Shown here: positions 28,589 through 38,424 of the stretch, piece after piece
Layout: every line of letters starts with the position of its first letter
Position numbering within the stretch: the first letter of the stretch is position 1
Assembly: GCA_937912225.1 (NCBI GenBank)
Contig: CALDOJ010000036.1
Coordinates: 31,191-95,190, forward strand
Direction of reading: 5' to 3'
DNA: 64,000 nt
Source of the DNA: Candidatus Woesearchaeota archaeon
GTDB taxonomy: Archaea > Nanobdellota > Nanobdellia > Woesearchaeales > GCA-2686295
Position numbers and translations under genes: made by a program
Notes under the pieces: model-generated
What the model saw: the letters and a program-made list of their open reading frames with translations, nothing else
Told to the model about the DNA's origin: nothing
Databases searched by the model: none

Positions 28589-29215
28589 ATGAATTTATTG
28601 ATATTAGGACCACAAGCTTCCGGAAAAGGAACACAAGCAAAAAGAATTGCTAAAGAACTAGGCATACCACACATCTCAACAGGAGATATTTTTAGAGACA
28701 ATATTGAAAGAGGAACAGATTTAGGGAAGAAAGTTCTTATGATTCAAGGCGGAGAACTAGTTCCGGATGAATTAACAAATAGCATCGTTAAAAATAGACT
28801 AAAACAAGAAGATTGTGCAAATGGATACATATTGGACGGGTATCCAAGAAATCTTGTACAAGCAGAATACTTAAACAGTATTAGCCAAATAGATGCAGTT
28901 ATTGATTTAGAAGTTCCAACAAAAGTAATAATGGAAAGAATTACTAGCAGAAGAGCTTGTGGAGATTGTAAAGCAGATTATAATATAATTTATATGAAAC
29001 CAAAACAAGAAGGTATCTGTGATAAATGTGAAGGAGAATTAATTCAACGAAAAGACGATACTCCAGGACCAATTAAAAAAAGATTAGATATTTATTATTC
29101 CCAAACACAACCATTAATTAGCTTCTATAAAGAACAAGGAGTCTCTCTTAAAGAAATTGATGGAGTAGGAACACCTGGCGAGATTCTTGATAGAATAATG
29201 AATGTTTTGCGTTAA
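28589..29215 (+). CDS. adk: Adenylate kinase, long bacterial-type with Cys4 zinc lid
   Basis: P-loop GPQASGKGTQ, LVPDELT, GYILDGYPRN. Lid CGDC...CDKC. Confidence 0.9.
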   Translation: MNLLILGPQASGKGTQAKRIAKELGIPHISTGDIFRDNIERGTDLGKKVLMIQGGELVPDELTNSIVKNRLKQEDCANGYILDGYPRNLVQAEYLNSISQIDAVIDLEVPTKVIMERITSRRACGDCKADYNIIYMKPKQEGICDKCEGELIQRKDDTPGPIKKRLDIYYSQTQPLISFYKEQGVSLKEIDGVGTPGEILDRIMNVLR

Positions 29216-29736
29216 AGCATACGATTATACAATTGTTCTTTTACTTTTTTTATTTCTTGTTTTCCAGTATGAATACTATTAGTAAATAATCCTAAAACCA
29301 TGCCAAGACTAAAACCTGCACCAATAATCATGCTTGAAGCGTGATAAATTTCACCAAACATTTCTTCAAACCTATAACCAGAAAAAGCAACTGCTGCAAC
29401 CCCGAATATGGTTGTCGCCATTAAACCATTACCAATGGGTTCAGGCATTTTCCAAATAGGACCTGTTTGAAAATAACCAAATTCATCTTGAACATTTCTT
29501 AAATTAGAAATCTGAGAATTATATTCGTTCCTTTTCTTTTTATTAAACCACAAAGAATAATTAAAATTTGTTTCAATTTCATCAAAAACACCATCTATTA
29601 TTTGTTTATCTGCAGGATCTTTTTCTGTACGATTATAATTATAAGTATTGATTAAATTTTGGACAGCCGATTCTAAATCAGGAAAGAAACTTTTCTCGTA
29701 TTTTTTTTGTTTACTCACGAAACTGCTCCCAAACAC
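29212..29736 (-). CDS. Hypothetical membrane protein (two C-terminal TM helices)
   Basis: Hydrophobic segments GLMATTIFGVAAVAFSG and SSMIIGAGFSLGMVLGLF. Stop overlaps the adk stop at a TTAA. Confidence 0.4.
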   Translation of the reverse strand: MFGSSFVSKQKKYEKSFFPDLESAVQNLINTYNYNRTEKDPADKQIIDGVFDEIETNFNYSLWFNKKKRNEYNSQISNLRNVQDEFGYFQTGPIWKMPEPIGNGLMATTIFGVAAVAFSGYRFEEMFGEIYHASSMIIGAGFSLGMVLGLFTNSIHTGKQEIKKVKEQLYNRML

Positions 29737-29768
29737 CTCTTATGGATTAATTTCAGATTTATTATTAT

Positions 29769-30743
29769 TTAAAGTTTTCTAGTTAATAATTCTTTAATAA
29801 CATAAGTTGCATAACTTCCTTTAGGTAAGTTAAAAGAAACATTTACTTTGAACATGCCTTTGTTTAAGTCATCTTCGACCATCGTTCCTACTTTTAAATC
29901 TTTTAATTCAATAAATAAATCTCGATCATTACCTTCGCAACTTAAATCAGGTAAACTAGGAATTATAAAATCTCTTTCAGAAATATTTTCTTCTTCTAAA
30001 ATTTCTTGAACTATTTGTTCAATTTTATCATTTGTATAATCAGTTCCAAAACCAACTATTGGAATTTTCTCGTTGTCCATTATATTAAGTTCTAAATATT
30101 TTGTAATTGTTTTATTAAAAATAAAACTTTGATATGCGTGAATAAATAATAACAAAATTTTTTTAGGTATTTTTCTTAAAGCTCCAACATAATCATTCAT
30201 ATTTTTTTTCAGATGTTCTTTTGTTTTTTGTTCATAATCGCCATTATTCAAAAGAATTTCGCTAACAGCTTTTTTGAAATCTTTTTTGAGAATACACCGT
30301 CCAATATTCACATTGTTATTTGAAAAACGTTGCTGATCAAAACAATTTGGAATTAAATCTAAATGTTTAATAGAAGTATTTTTTTCTAAGTTTCTTATTA
30401 CAATTTCAAAATAATTACCTTTCAAATGACCTAAAGAAAGAGGTTCTTTTGAAAAACCCATAAAAGTTAATTTCAAATCTTTAAGTTCATAATCATCAAG
30501 TTTATGTTTAAGTCTTTCAATTGAAATATACTGTTCAGTTACTGCATGTTTATCTTTATTACCAGCATAAGCAATTTTTGTTCTTCGAATATTTAAGTTA
30601 TTACAAATTGCTTGAATTGCTCTTTCAGTCGTATAATTCTTTTTCTCGAGCAAAAAAATTGAATAATCTCCTTCTTCTGACAGTTCATATCCAGGAATTT
30701 CTCTTACAAAAAAGTCTTCGGGAATTTGTTTTAACTTATACAT
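29769..30743 (-). CDS. truD: tRNA pseudouridine synthase TruD/Pus7 family
   Basis: IPEDFFVREI and AGNKDKHAVTEQ motifs. Start moved to the internal ATG (MYKLKQ) because the called extension runs toward the tRNA gene. Confidence 0.75.
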   Translation of the reverse strand: MYKLKQIPEDFFVREIPGYELSEEGDYSIFLLEKKNYTTERAIQAICNNLNIRRTKIAYAGNKDKHAVTEQYISIERLKHKLDDYELKDLKLTFMGFSKEPLSLGHLKGNYFEIVIRNLEKNTSIKHLDLIPNCFDQQRFSNNNVNIGRCILKKDFKKAVSEILLNNGDYEQKTKEHLKKNMNDYVGALRKIPKKILLLFIHAYQSFIFNKTITKYLELNIMDNEKIPIVGFGTDYTNDKIEQIVQEILEEENISERDFIIPSLPDLSCEGNDRDLFIELKDLKVGTMVEDDLNKGMFKVNVSFNLPKGSYATYVIKELLTRKL

Positions 30744-30803
30744 ATAAAACAAGAAATGAAAAAGATTTAAAAAACTTCCACTTATTCTCAACACTAAACA
30801 AAT

Positions 30804-30878
30804 GGACCTGTGGCGCAGTCTGGATAGCGCGATAGCCTCCTAAGCTATAGGTCGGGGGTTCAAATCCTCCCTGGTCCG
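30804..30878 (+). tRNA. tRNA-Arg (anticodon CCU)
   Basis: Hand-folded cloverleaf. Acceptor GGACCTG/CTGGTCC with one U-U at 6:67. D stem GCGC/GCGC with a GG loop. Anticodon stem ATAGC/GCTAT, loop CTCCTAA. T arm GGGGG-TTCAAAT-CCTCC. Discriminator G, no encoded CCA. GC-rich against an AT-rich background. Confidence 0.85.
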
Positions 30879-30925
30879 TCTATGTTTTCTAAAAATTTAT
30901 ATACTATTATTTTCTATCAAGTGTA

Positions 30926-31921
30926 ATGGGAAAGAAAATTTTGATTTCAGTGTCTGCAGTGACTGGAATCATCGCATTATACTTAATTTTCAAAGTTATT
31001 CCATTCAATGAAGTTCTTAACACATTTAAATCTGCCAATCCACTAACCTTATTAGGTTTTTTATGTGTTTCTTTTGGTTTAATGGCAGTTCTTTCTTGGA
31101 AATGGAAAGTTGTACTAAGAAGCCAAAATGTGATTATTCCATTCAAACATTTATTTGCATACAGATTAATTGGTTATGGTGTAAGCTATTTAACTCCTTC
31201 AGCAAAACTTGGCGGAGAACCTGTTAGAGCAGCTTTATTAACCAGACATGATATGAAATTCTCAGAAGCATTATCTTCAGTAGTTATTGATAAAACCATA
31301 GAAGTTGCTTCATCAGCAATCTTTTTTTTTATTGGTGTAATGATAGTATTCTTTAGATTCGCACTACCAGGTCAAATTGAAGTTACTATGATTTTATTTG
31401 CAATTATATTCTTAGCATTAATGGTTTTTATGTACCAAAGAATGTCGTCAGGAAAAGGATTCATCGCAAGTTTTTGTAAATTATTACGTCTTCATAAAGT
31501 TAAAAAATGGGCTTTATCTGAAAAGAAATTAGAAGAATTTGAAAGTAGAATAATAAAGTTTTTCCAAGAAGATAAAAAAGATTTCTTACTTGCATTTTTT
31601 GCTTGTTTTATGTCATGGGTTTTTATGTTCTTTGAATATAAGTTTGCAGCACTAATACTAGGTTATAATCTTTCTTTTGTTGCAATATTCTTAATTATTA
31701 GTTTTGTTGGAGCAGCGTTTATCGTTCCAGTTCCAATGGCCATTGGTTCGTTAGAAGCCAGTCAAGTAGCTGTTTTTACAATGTTGGGTTTAAAGTCAGC
31801 TGCAGGTGTTGCGCTTGCGTTCATTATTAGAATCAGAGATTTATTATGGAGTATTACAGGATTATTACTTCTTAGTTATTATGGACTTAAAATAAGTCAA
31901 ACTTTAAAGAAAAAATTTTGA
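30926..31921 (+). CDS. Flippase-like / LPG-synthase-TM-like polytopic membrane protein
   Basis: About 8 TM segments. LIGYGVSYLTPSAKLGGEPVRAALL resembles the UPF0104/flippase-like family signature. Confidence 0.5.
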   Translation: MGKKILISVSAVTGIIALYLIFKVIPFNEVLNTFKSANPLTLLGFLCVSFGLMAVLSWKWKVVLRSQNVIIPFKHLFAYRLIGYGVSYLTPSAKLGGEPVRAALLTRHDMKFSEALSSVVIDKTIEVASSAIFFFIGVMIVFFRFALPGQIEVTMILFAIIFLALMVFMYQRMSSGKGFIASFCKLLRLHKVKKWALSEKKLEEFESRIIKFFQEDKKDFLLAFFACFMSWVFMFFEYKFAALILGYNLSFVAIFLIISFVGAAFIVPVPMAIGSLEASQVAVFTMLGLKSAAGVALAFIIRIRDLLWSITGLLLLSYYGLKISQTLKKKF

Positions 31922-31925
31922 AAAA

Positions 31926-33032
31926 ATGAAACCTATTTTTATTGGAGAAGGTCTTCGAATGTTCAAACGTAGACGAAAGTATGAACAAGAAGGATTTAAG
32001 CCATATGAAGGTAATGCAAAGAATATTTGTGAACAAATTGTAAGAAATTGTTATAATAAAAAAGAAAACTATTTCATGACTAGCTTAGGGCATTTCTGCG
32101 AGTATTGGAGTCGAGATTTTGGACTTTGTGTTGAGTCTTTAAAAAAACTTGGTTATGAAAAAGAAATTAAAAGCACTCTTAATTATGCACTTAACATATT
32201 TCAAAAAAAAGGAAAAATAACTACGACCATTAATCCTAAAGGCAAACCATTCGACTTTCCAACATACGCACCTGACAGTCTTGGATTCACATTACATTCT
32301 TTAGTTACTTTAAATGATAAAGAACTAGTTGAAAAACATAAATCCTTTTTAGAAAAAGAAGTAAAAAGATATTATAAAAAAGTCATAAATAAAAAAACTG
32401 GCTTAGTGAAAAAAAAACATTTTAGTTCAATGAAGGATTTAGCTAAAAGAAAATCTTCTTGCTATGATAATATTATGAGCGGTTGGATTTCTAAAAACCT
32501 TGACTTGCTTGGCCTAAATAATCCTTTAAAAAAATATGACTTCAAAAAATTAATTTTAGATAATTTTTGGACCGGAACACATTTTATTGATGACCTTTCA
32601 GGAAGCAAAATTTTATCAGGTGATGCTAATACTTACTCATTCTGGACAAAATTATTCGAGGAAGAAGATTTAATTTCTTCTGCCATTAGTAAAGTTCAAA
32701 AGAAAGGATTAGATAAACCTTTTCCAATTAAATATAGTATTGAAAAGCCTAAAACTGTTTGGTACGACTTATTAAGTTCAGGTTATGAATTTCAAAGTAT
32801 TTGGGCAATGACAGGTATTCCCTTCATAAAAGTCGTTTTGAAAGTTGATGAAGAACTTGCTAAAAAATACTTTGATAAATATACTGCTTTAATTGAAGAG
32901 CATAAAACTTTTTTAGAAGTTTATGAAAAAGATGGCTCTATTTTCAAGAGATATAATTATGTCTCTGATGAAGCAATGCTTTGGGCTTCAATGTATTTAG
33001 AACTAGATTTTATTCTTAACAAAAATAGTTAA
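31926..33032 (+). CDS. Six-hairpin (alpha/alpha)6 glycosidase-like protein (glycogen-debranching C-terminal-like)
   Basis: CEYWSRDFG, SSMKDLAKRKSSCYDN, EVYEKDG...EAMLWAS resemble amylo-alpha-1,6-glucosidase-type barrels. By eye only. Confidence 0.35.
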   Translation: MKPIFIGEGLRMFKRRRKYEQEGFKPYEGNAKNICEQIVRNCYNKKENYFMTSLGHFCEYWSRDFGLCVESLKKLGYEKEIKSTLNYALNIFQKKGKITTTINPKGKPFDFPTYAPDSLGFTLHSLVTLNDKELVEKHKSFLEKEVKRYYKKVINKKTGLVKKKHFSSMKDLAKRKSSCYDNIMSGWISKNLDLLGLNNPLKKYDFKKLILDNFWTGTHFIDDLSGSKILSGDANTYSFWTKLFEEEDLISSAISKVQKKGLDKPFPIKYSIEKPKTVWYDLLSSGYEFQSIWAMTGIPFIKVVLKVDEELAKKYFDKYTALIEEHKTFLEVYEKDGSIFKRYNYVSDEAMLWASMYLELDFILNKNS

Positions 33033-33776
33033 CTCAGAAACAAGTTTTGCAGCTAAAGTTGATTCTTGTCCAACAATGTAATTTTTCTTTTTTCTAATAG
33101 AATCTAAAAACGAATGAATATCTCGTCCTTCACTACAAGTAACTGCATTTCCAAGCCATTCAAGACGATGACCATCACTTCCAGCAGTCAATCCTTTGTT
33201 TTCAGCCAAAGCCCATCCAAGAGATGAAAGATTAGCTCGTTTTTTCATAGCTGCATTTAAAACTTCTACAGCCACAAATTCACTCAGTAATTCTTTTCTT
33301 TTTTTACTGTTCAAAAAGTAGAAACTTTTTTTTGGTTGAACTGTAAAAGGATGTGCTACTGAAGAAACAGCATTTAAATCATGTGCTGCATCAATAATTT
33401 CTTGAATGGAAAGAGATGTTTTGTTAAATCGAAAACGTTTATGATACTTCAAGTTTTTTTTAACATATTTTTGATAAAAATTTACTAAATCTCCTTCTGA
33501 ATAAAAATAAAGCAAAATATCCTTATCATTCTTTGAAGTAACTTCAATACCTGGAATTACAAATAAATCCTTTTGTTCTAAAGCTAAAAGACTTCCTCGA
33601 ATATCATTATGATCTGTGACTGCAACTCCAATTCCAAGTGATTTAGCATGAGATAATACATCTTGTAATTTAGTTTTACAATCATGAGAATATTCTGTAT
33701 GAAAATGCATATCTACAACAGAATACTTTTTACCTAATTCGGCAAAATTAGGCAAAGCATAAGTAAATTGATTCAT
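33003..33776 (-). CDS. PHP-domain metal-dependent phosphoesterase
   Basis: VVDMHFHTEYSHDC, VAVTDHN, VAHPF, GSDGH. Ends with TAG. Confidence 0.7.
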   Translation of the reverse strand: MNQFTYALPNFAELGKKYSVVDMHFHTEYSHDCKTKLQDVLSHAKSLGIGVAVTDHNDIRGSLLALEQKDLFVIPGIEVTSKNDKDILLYFYSEGDLVNFYQKYVKKNLKYHKRFRFNKTSLSIQEIIDAAHDLNAVSSVAHPFTVQPKKSFYFLNSKKRKELLSEFVAVEVLNAAMKKRANLSSLGWALAENKGLTAGSDGHRLEWLGNAVTCSEGRDIHSFLDSIRKKKNYIVGQESTLAAKLVSELTIFVKNKI

Positions 33777-33805
33777 AATAATAATAATTCTAAAATTTAT
33801 AGTAT

Positions 33806-34336
33806 TTAAATCTTATCTTTAGTTATTCCAAGAAGATAGCCTGTATAATGAGTTATTGGAGGAAGTATTAAACTAATAATAACTAAGACTATTAATAAAT
33901 CCCATTCTGGAAAAAATATGAACGAAGTAAATAATAAAGCTCCAACGATGTAATCTAATTGATCAAATGGAATCCAAGGTTTTCCTGAACCAGTCCCTCT
34001 TCTTCTCTTAAAAAAAGATTCGACAGCATCACCAAAAATAGCTCCAAAAGCCATTAAAAAACCCAACCAAATTGTTTGAGTTTGATAATTAAATAAACTA
34101 ATATTCGCAAACCAAGGAAAATTGTAAAGATATTTCTGCAAAAGAAACATGAGTGTTCCAACAATTACTGCAAACACTATACCTCGAATGGTTTTATTAT
34201 CACCAAGAAGTCTTTTTCCTTTGTAAGATTTACCAAAATCTAAAGGTTTGTTAAGAAAAGGTATTTTTGAAACTAAAGGAGGAGTTAAGTTCGAAAAATA
34301 TGCTGGTACAAAAAAATATGATGCTTCTAAAATCAT
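33806..34336 (-). CDS. carS: CDP-archaeol synthase
   Basis: GDNKTIRG, GDAVESFFKRRRG, PFDQLDY. Polytopic membrane protein. Confidence 0.8.
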   Translation of the reverse strand: MILEASYFFVPAYFSNLTPPLVSKIPFLNKPLDFGKSYKGKRLLGDNKTIRGIVFAVIVGTLMFLLQKYLYNFPWFANISLFNYQTQTIWLGFLMAFGAIFGDAVESFFKRRRGTGSGKPWIPFDQLDYIVGALLFTSFIFFPEWDLLIVLVIISLILPPITHYTGYLLGITKDKI

Positions 34337-34878
34337 ATTAATACCTTTTTGAATTTTATTTTACTAATCATTAAAGCAATCGATATTACAACAAAAAAAG
34401 TTGTAACATTAATATTAACTTTCAAAAGAATGAGTGCTGGAAAAAGCACACCATTCACAGTTATTGGCATTCCAAGATACCCTTTAACTTGTTGTTTTAA
34501 AGAGTTAAATCTTGCAAGTCTATAAGCACCAGCTAAAACCATTAAAGCAACTAAGATTGCAAGTGCATCATTATTGTAAAAGAGGTAAACCATTATTGCA
34601 GGTGCAACTCCAAATGAAACAAGATCAGCTAGTGAATCAAGTTCTTCGCCAAGTTTTGATTCTGCTTTCAAACAACGAGCAAGTTTTCCATCAAGATAAT
34701 CAAATACAACTGCAACTAATAACGCAATAGCTGAAAAAACAAACAAACCTTTTATTGCTAAAAATATAGAGATTAACCCACACAAAATATTAAGAATGGT
34801 TGCTGTGTTTGGAAATATTTCCTTTTTCAAAACTTTTGAGTTTTGAGACCCAAAAATCTTAGATTTTTGTTGTTTCAT
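34333..34878 (-). CDS. pssA: CDP-alcohol phosphatidyltransferase, probable archaetidylserine synthase
   Basis: DYLDGKLAR-x8-G-x3-D-x3-D motif. Sits between carS and psd with ATGA overlaps on both sides. Confidence 0.7.
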   Translation of the reverse strand: MKQQKSKIFGSQNSKVLKKEIFPNTATILNILCGLISIFLAIKGLFVFSAIALLVAVVFDYLDGKLARCLKAESKLGEELDSLADLVSFGVAPAIMVYLFYNNDALAILVALMVLAGAYRLARFNSLKQQVKGYLGMPITVNGVLFPALILLKVNINVTTFFVVISIALMISKIKFKKVLI

Positions 34879-35489
34879 TTTCTTTCAGCAATAATAGATG
34901 ACCCAGCAGAAACTTTATCTCCTAGCTTAACTTTTAATTTTATCGTGCTGGGCAGGATAAGAGTTACTTGACTTCCCAACTTAATTAAACCTATCCTCTG
35001 ACCTTTAAGAACTTTCTCATTCTCTTTTACTAAAGGCACAATTCTTCTTGCAAGAAAACCTGCAATTTGAATTGATTTAACTTTAAATTTTTTATCTTGA
35101 AAAAGCATTTGAACATTTTCATTTTCAAAAGTTGAAGCAAGCGAACTAGCATTTAAGAATTTTCCATCACTATGCTTAACATATTTGACAGTTCCTGAAA
35201 TCGGTGCTCGATTAATATGAACATCAAATGGACTCATAAAAATTGAAACAATATATCCTTTGTTAGCAACATCTTTAGTAAAAGATTTTACATGACCTAA
35301 GAATTGTTTTTCAATATCAATTTTGTCTTCATCAAATTTCTTGATTAAAGTTATTTTTCCATCTGCAGGACTAATAATATTATTGCCTAAAGGTATTTGT
35401 CTTGCAGGGTCTCGAAGGAAATAAAACTGATGAAAAATTAAGAATGCAACGTAAAGAATTATTAAAATTATAAAAATAGTTCCAATCAT
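34875..35489 (-). CDS. psd: Phosphatidyl(archaetidyl)serine decarboxylase proenzyme
   Basis: SPFDVHINRAPISG and KLGSQV (LGS-type self-cleavage site). N-terminal TM. Confidence 0.75.
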   Translation of the reverse strand: MIGTIFIILIILYVAFLIFHQFYFLRDPARQIPLGNNIISPADGKITLIKKFDEDKIDIEKQFLGHVKSFTKDVANKGYIVSIFMSPFDVHINRAPISGTVKYVKHSDGKFLNASSLASTFENENVQMLFQDKKFKVKSIQIAGFLARRIVPLVKENEKVLKGQRIGLIKLGSQVTLILPSTIKLKVKLGDKVSAGSSIIAERK

Positions 35490-35545
35490 AAAAATAACTA
35501 AACATAAAATAGTTCAAAAAGTTTTCGTTTTTAAAAGAAAAATGC

Positions 35546-35562
35546 TCAGCAATAAAATTGCT
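35546..35562 (-). terminator. Hairpin plus T-run downstream of ppdK
   Basis: CAGCAAT-AAA-ATTGCTG perfect 7-bp inverted repeat, followed on the minus strand by a T-rich tract. Confidence 0.35.
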
Positions 35563-35617
35563 GGCAAGTTTTAAAAAAATTAAAACTTAAAAAAAATATA
35601 AAAAATTATTGTTTTGC

Positions 35618-38242
35618 TTAATCTCTTAGAGTTGCTTGAGCTGCTGCAAGTCTTGCAATTGGAACTCTGAATGGTGAGCAACTAACATAGTTTAATCCTG
35701 CTCTATAACAAAACTCTACGCTTGTAGGTTCTCCACCGTGTTCTCCACAAATTCCTAATTTTAAGTCTTTCTTAACAGATCGTCCTTTTTCTACAGCCAT
35801 TTCTACAAGCTGACCAACACCAGTTTGGTCTAATGATTGGAAAGGATCTCGTTCTAAAATACCTTTTTCAATATATTCAGGAACGAATGATCCAACATCA
35901 TCTCTTGAAAATCCAAGAGTCATTTGTGTTAAATCGTTTGTTCCAAAGCTGAAAAATTCTGCTTCTGCTGCAACTAAATCCGCTGTAAGAGCTGCTCTTG
36001 GTACTTCAATCATAGTTCCAATCATATATTTCACTTTTGAATCGTCACCAAGAACTCTTTTTGCAACTGCTAAAACAATTTCTTTTTGATTTTTAAACTC
36101 TTCAACGTTTCCAATTAATGGAATCATAACTTCAGGGTTTACTTCAATTCCTGATTCTGAAACTTCTTTTGCTGCTTCAAAAATTGCTTCTGCTTGCATT
36201 TGGGTAATTTCCGGGTAAGAAATTCCTAATCTACAGCCTCTATGACCAAGCATTGGATTAACTTCATGAAGTTCTTCGATTTTTTGCTTTAAAATTTCTG
36301 TTGTAGTGTTTAATTCTTCTGCAATACTTTCGATTTCTTTTTCTTCTCTAGGTAAAAATTCGTGTAGAGGCGGATCTAATAATCTTACTGTAATTGGTTT
36401 TCCTGCCATTACTTTGAATAAACCTGTAAAGTCATCTTTTTGGAAAGGTTTTAGTTTTGCTAAAGCTTTTTTTCTACCTTCAAGATCTGCTGATAAAATC
36501 ATTTCTCTAACTGCTCTGATTCTTTCACCTTCAAAAAACATATGCTCAGTTCTACAAAGACCAATTCCTTCTGCTCCAAAGCTAATTGCTTGTTCAGCAT
36601 CTTTTGGAGTGTCTGCATTTGTTCTAATTCCCATTGTTCTGAATTTGTCTGCCATCTCCATTAATTTTCCAAAGTCTCCGCTTAATACAGGATCAGTAGT
36701 TGGGATTTTACCTTCGAATACTTCTCCACTAGTTCCATCAAGAGTTATATAATCTCCTTCTACAAAACTAACACCACCCAATACTAAAGTTCGGTCTTTT
36801 TCACTAATTCTTGCTTCTCCAAGTCCTGAAACACAACATTTACCCATTCCTCTAGCAACAACTGCTGCATGGCTAGTCATACCGCCTTTTGCTGTTAAGA
36901 TTCCTTGAGCAGCATCCATTCCGATTAAGTCTTCTGGGCTTGTATCATTTCTAACTAAAATTACAACATCACCTTTTTTCTTCATTTCAACTGCTGCAAA
37001 GTTATCAAAAGCAATTTTTCCAACTGCTCCACCAGGCGAAGCTGGAAGTCCTTTTCCAATTGCGGTGTGTAATTGTTTTGCAATCGGATCAAGTTGTTTA
37101 TGTAATAATTGATCAAGTTGATTCGGGTCAACTCTTAGAACAGCTGTTTTTTCATCAATTAAACCTTCTTGTACCATTTCTACAGCCATTCTAACTGCTG
37201 CGTGAGCAGTTCTTTTTCCAGACCTTGTTTGCAAAATGTATAATTTTCCTTCTTGAATTGTAAACTCCATATCTTGCATGTCTTTGTAATGATCTTCTAC
37301 TTTATGATAAATTTCAACAAGTTCTTTGTATTGTTCTGGCATTCCTTCTTCCAATTTCGAAATTGGTTTTGGAGTTCTAATTCCAGCTACAACATCTTCT
37401 CCTTGTGCGTCCATTAAGTATTCGCCGTAAAAAATATTTTCTCCTGTTGCAGGGTCTCTTGTAAAGCAAACTCCTGTTCCGCTTGAATCGCCCATATTTC
37501 CAAAAACCATGACTTGTGCGTTAACTGCAGTTCCTTTTAATCCTCTGATATCATTTAATCTTCGATAAGTAATTGCTCTACCATTGTTCCATGAACCAAA
37601 TACTGCTTCAATTGACATTAATAATTGTTCTTTTGCATCTGTTGGAAATTTTCGACCTGATTTTTCTTCGATTAATTCTTTATATTTTTCAACTAAGAAT
37701 TTTAAATCTTTAGCATCTAATTCTGTATCGAATTTTACCCCTTTTGTTTCTTTAACATCGTCTAAAATACCTTCGAAATCATGATGTTCTACACCCATTA
37801 CAACGTCTCCAAACATTTGAAGAAATCGTCTGTATGAATCCCATGCAAATCTTTCATTTCCTGATTTTGTAGCAAGACCTTTTACTGCTGCATCATTCAA
37901 ACCAAGATTTAATACTGTGTCCATCATTCCTGGCATTGAAACAGCTGCTCCACTTCTAACAGATAATAAAAGTGGGTTTTCTGAATCTCCAAACTTTGCA
38001 TCCATTACTTTCTCAAGTTGTTCAAGGTGTTCTTCAATTTCCTTGATTGCTTGTTCAGGCATTTTCTTGCCTACTTCGTAAAATTCTGCACAAGTTTCTG
38101 TTGTTATTGTAAATCCTGGCGGTACTGGAATTCCTAGTGACGCCATCTCTGCTAGGTTAGCACCTTTACCACCTAGTACATCTTTCATATTTTTATTTCC
38201 TTCAGTCTTATCTGACCCAAAGAAGTATACATGTTTTACCAT
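35618..38242 (-). CDS. ppdK: Pyruvate, phosphate dikinase
   Basis: GGKGANLAEM, GGMTSHAAVVARG (phosphohistidine), LCRTEHMF, FFSFGTNDLTQ, full length 874 aa. Confidence 0.95.
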   Translation of the reverse strand: MVKHVYFFGSDKTEGNKNMKDVLGGKGANLAEMASLGIPVPPGFTITTETCAEFYEVGKKMPEQAIKEIEEHLEQLEKVMDAKFGDSENPLLLSVRSGAAVSMPGMMDTVLNLGLNDAAVKGLATKSGNERFAWDSYRRFLQMFGDVVMGVEHHDFEGILDDVKETKGVKFDTELDAKDLKFLVEKYKELIEEKSGRKFPTDAKEQLLMSIEAVFGSWNNGRAITYRRLNDIRGLKGTAVNAQVMVFGNMGDSSGTGVCFTRDPATGENIFYGEYLMDAQGEDVVAGIRTPKPISKLEEGMPEQYKELVEIYHKVEDHYKDMQDMEFTIQEGKLYILQTRSGKRTAHAAVRMAVEMVQEGLIDEKTAVLRVDPNQLDQLLHKQLDPIAKQLHTAIGKGLPASPGGAVGKIAFDNFAAVEMKKKGDVVILVRNDTSPEDLIGMDAAQGILTAKGGMTSHAAVVARGMGKCCVSGLGEARISEKDRTLVLGGVSFVEGDYITLDGTSGEVFEGKIPTTDPVLSGDFGKLMEMADKFRTMGIRTNADTPKDAEQAISFGAEGIGLCRTEHMFFEGERIRAVREMILSADLEGRKKALAKLKPFQKDDFTGLFKVMAGKPITVRLLDPPLHEFLPREEKEIESIAEELNTTTEILKQKIEELHEVNPMLGHRGCRLGISYPEITQMQAEAIFEAAKEVSESGIEVNPEVMIPLIGNVEEFKNQKEIVLAVAKRVLGDDSKVKYMIGTMIEVPRAALTADLVAAEAEFFSFGTNDLTQMTLGFSRDDVGSFVPEYIEKGILERDPFQSLDQTGVGQLVEMAVEKGRSVKKDLKLGICGEHGGEPTSVEFCYRAGLNYVSCSPFRVPIARLAAAQATLRD

Positions 38243-38424
38243 TTTTTATTTCACCTATAATATTTTTATAGACCCAAAAATTAATAATGATTTTTGATGC
38301 CTATATATCTCTATTTCCTATTTTATCTTACGTTTTTATTGATTCTCTAAGAACCTCAACTGACAGTAAAAAAAACCTCTTTTTAAAGATAGTTATGATA
38401 TAGAATATATGTTAGAAATCAGAG

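Noticed and set aside
28026-28701. Minus-strand ORFs 28026..28223, 28102..28299 and 28450..28701
   Set aside because: They overlap the plus-strand hypothetical gene and the start of adk (which has a clear P-loop). Their products are hydrophobic and low-complexity.
30521-31146. ORFs 30521..30835 (+) and 30907..31146 (-), and the 17-codon N-terminal extension of truD to 30794
   Set aside because: The first runs antisense through truD and across the tRNA-Arg gene. The second is antisense to the flippase-like gene. The truD extension is non-conserved (MLRISGSFLNLFHFLFY) and approaches the tRNA, so the internal ATG at 30743 is preferred.
36306-36752. 148-aa plus-strand ORF inside ppdK (also 37584..37784)
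   Set aside because: It is antisense to a full-length, highly conserved pyruvate phosphate dikinase and has no motifs of its own.
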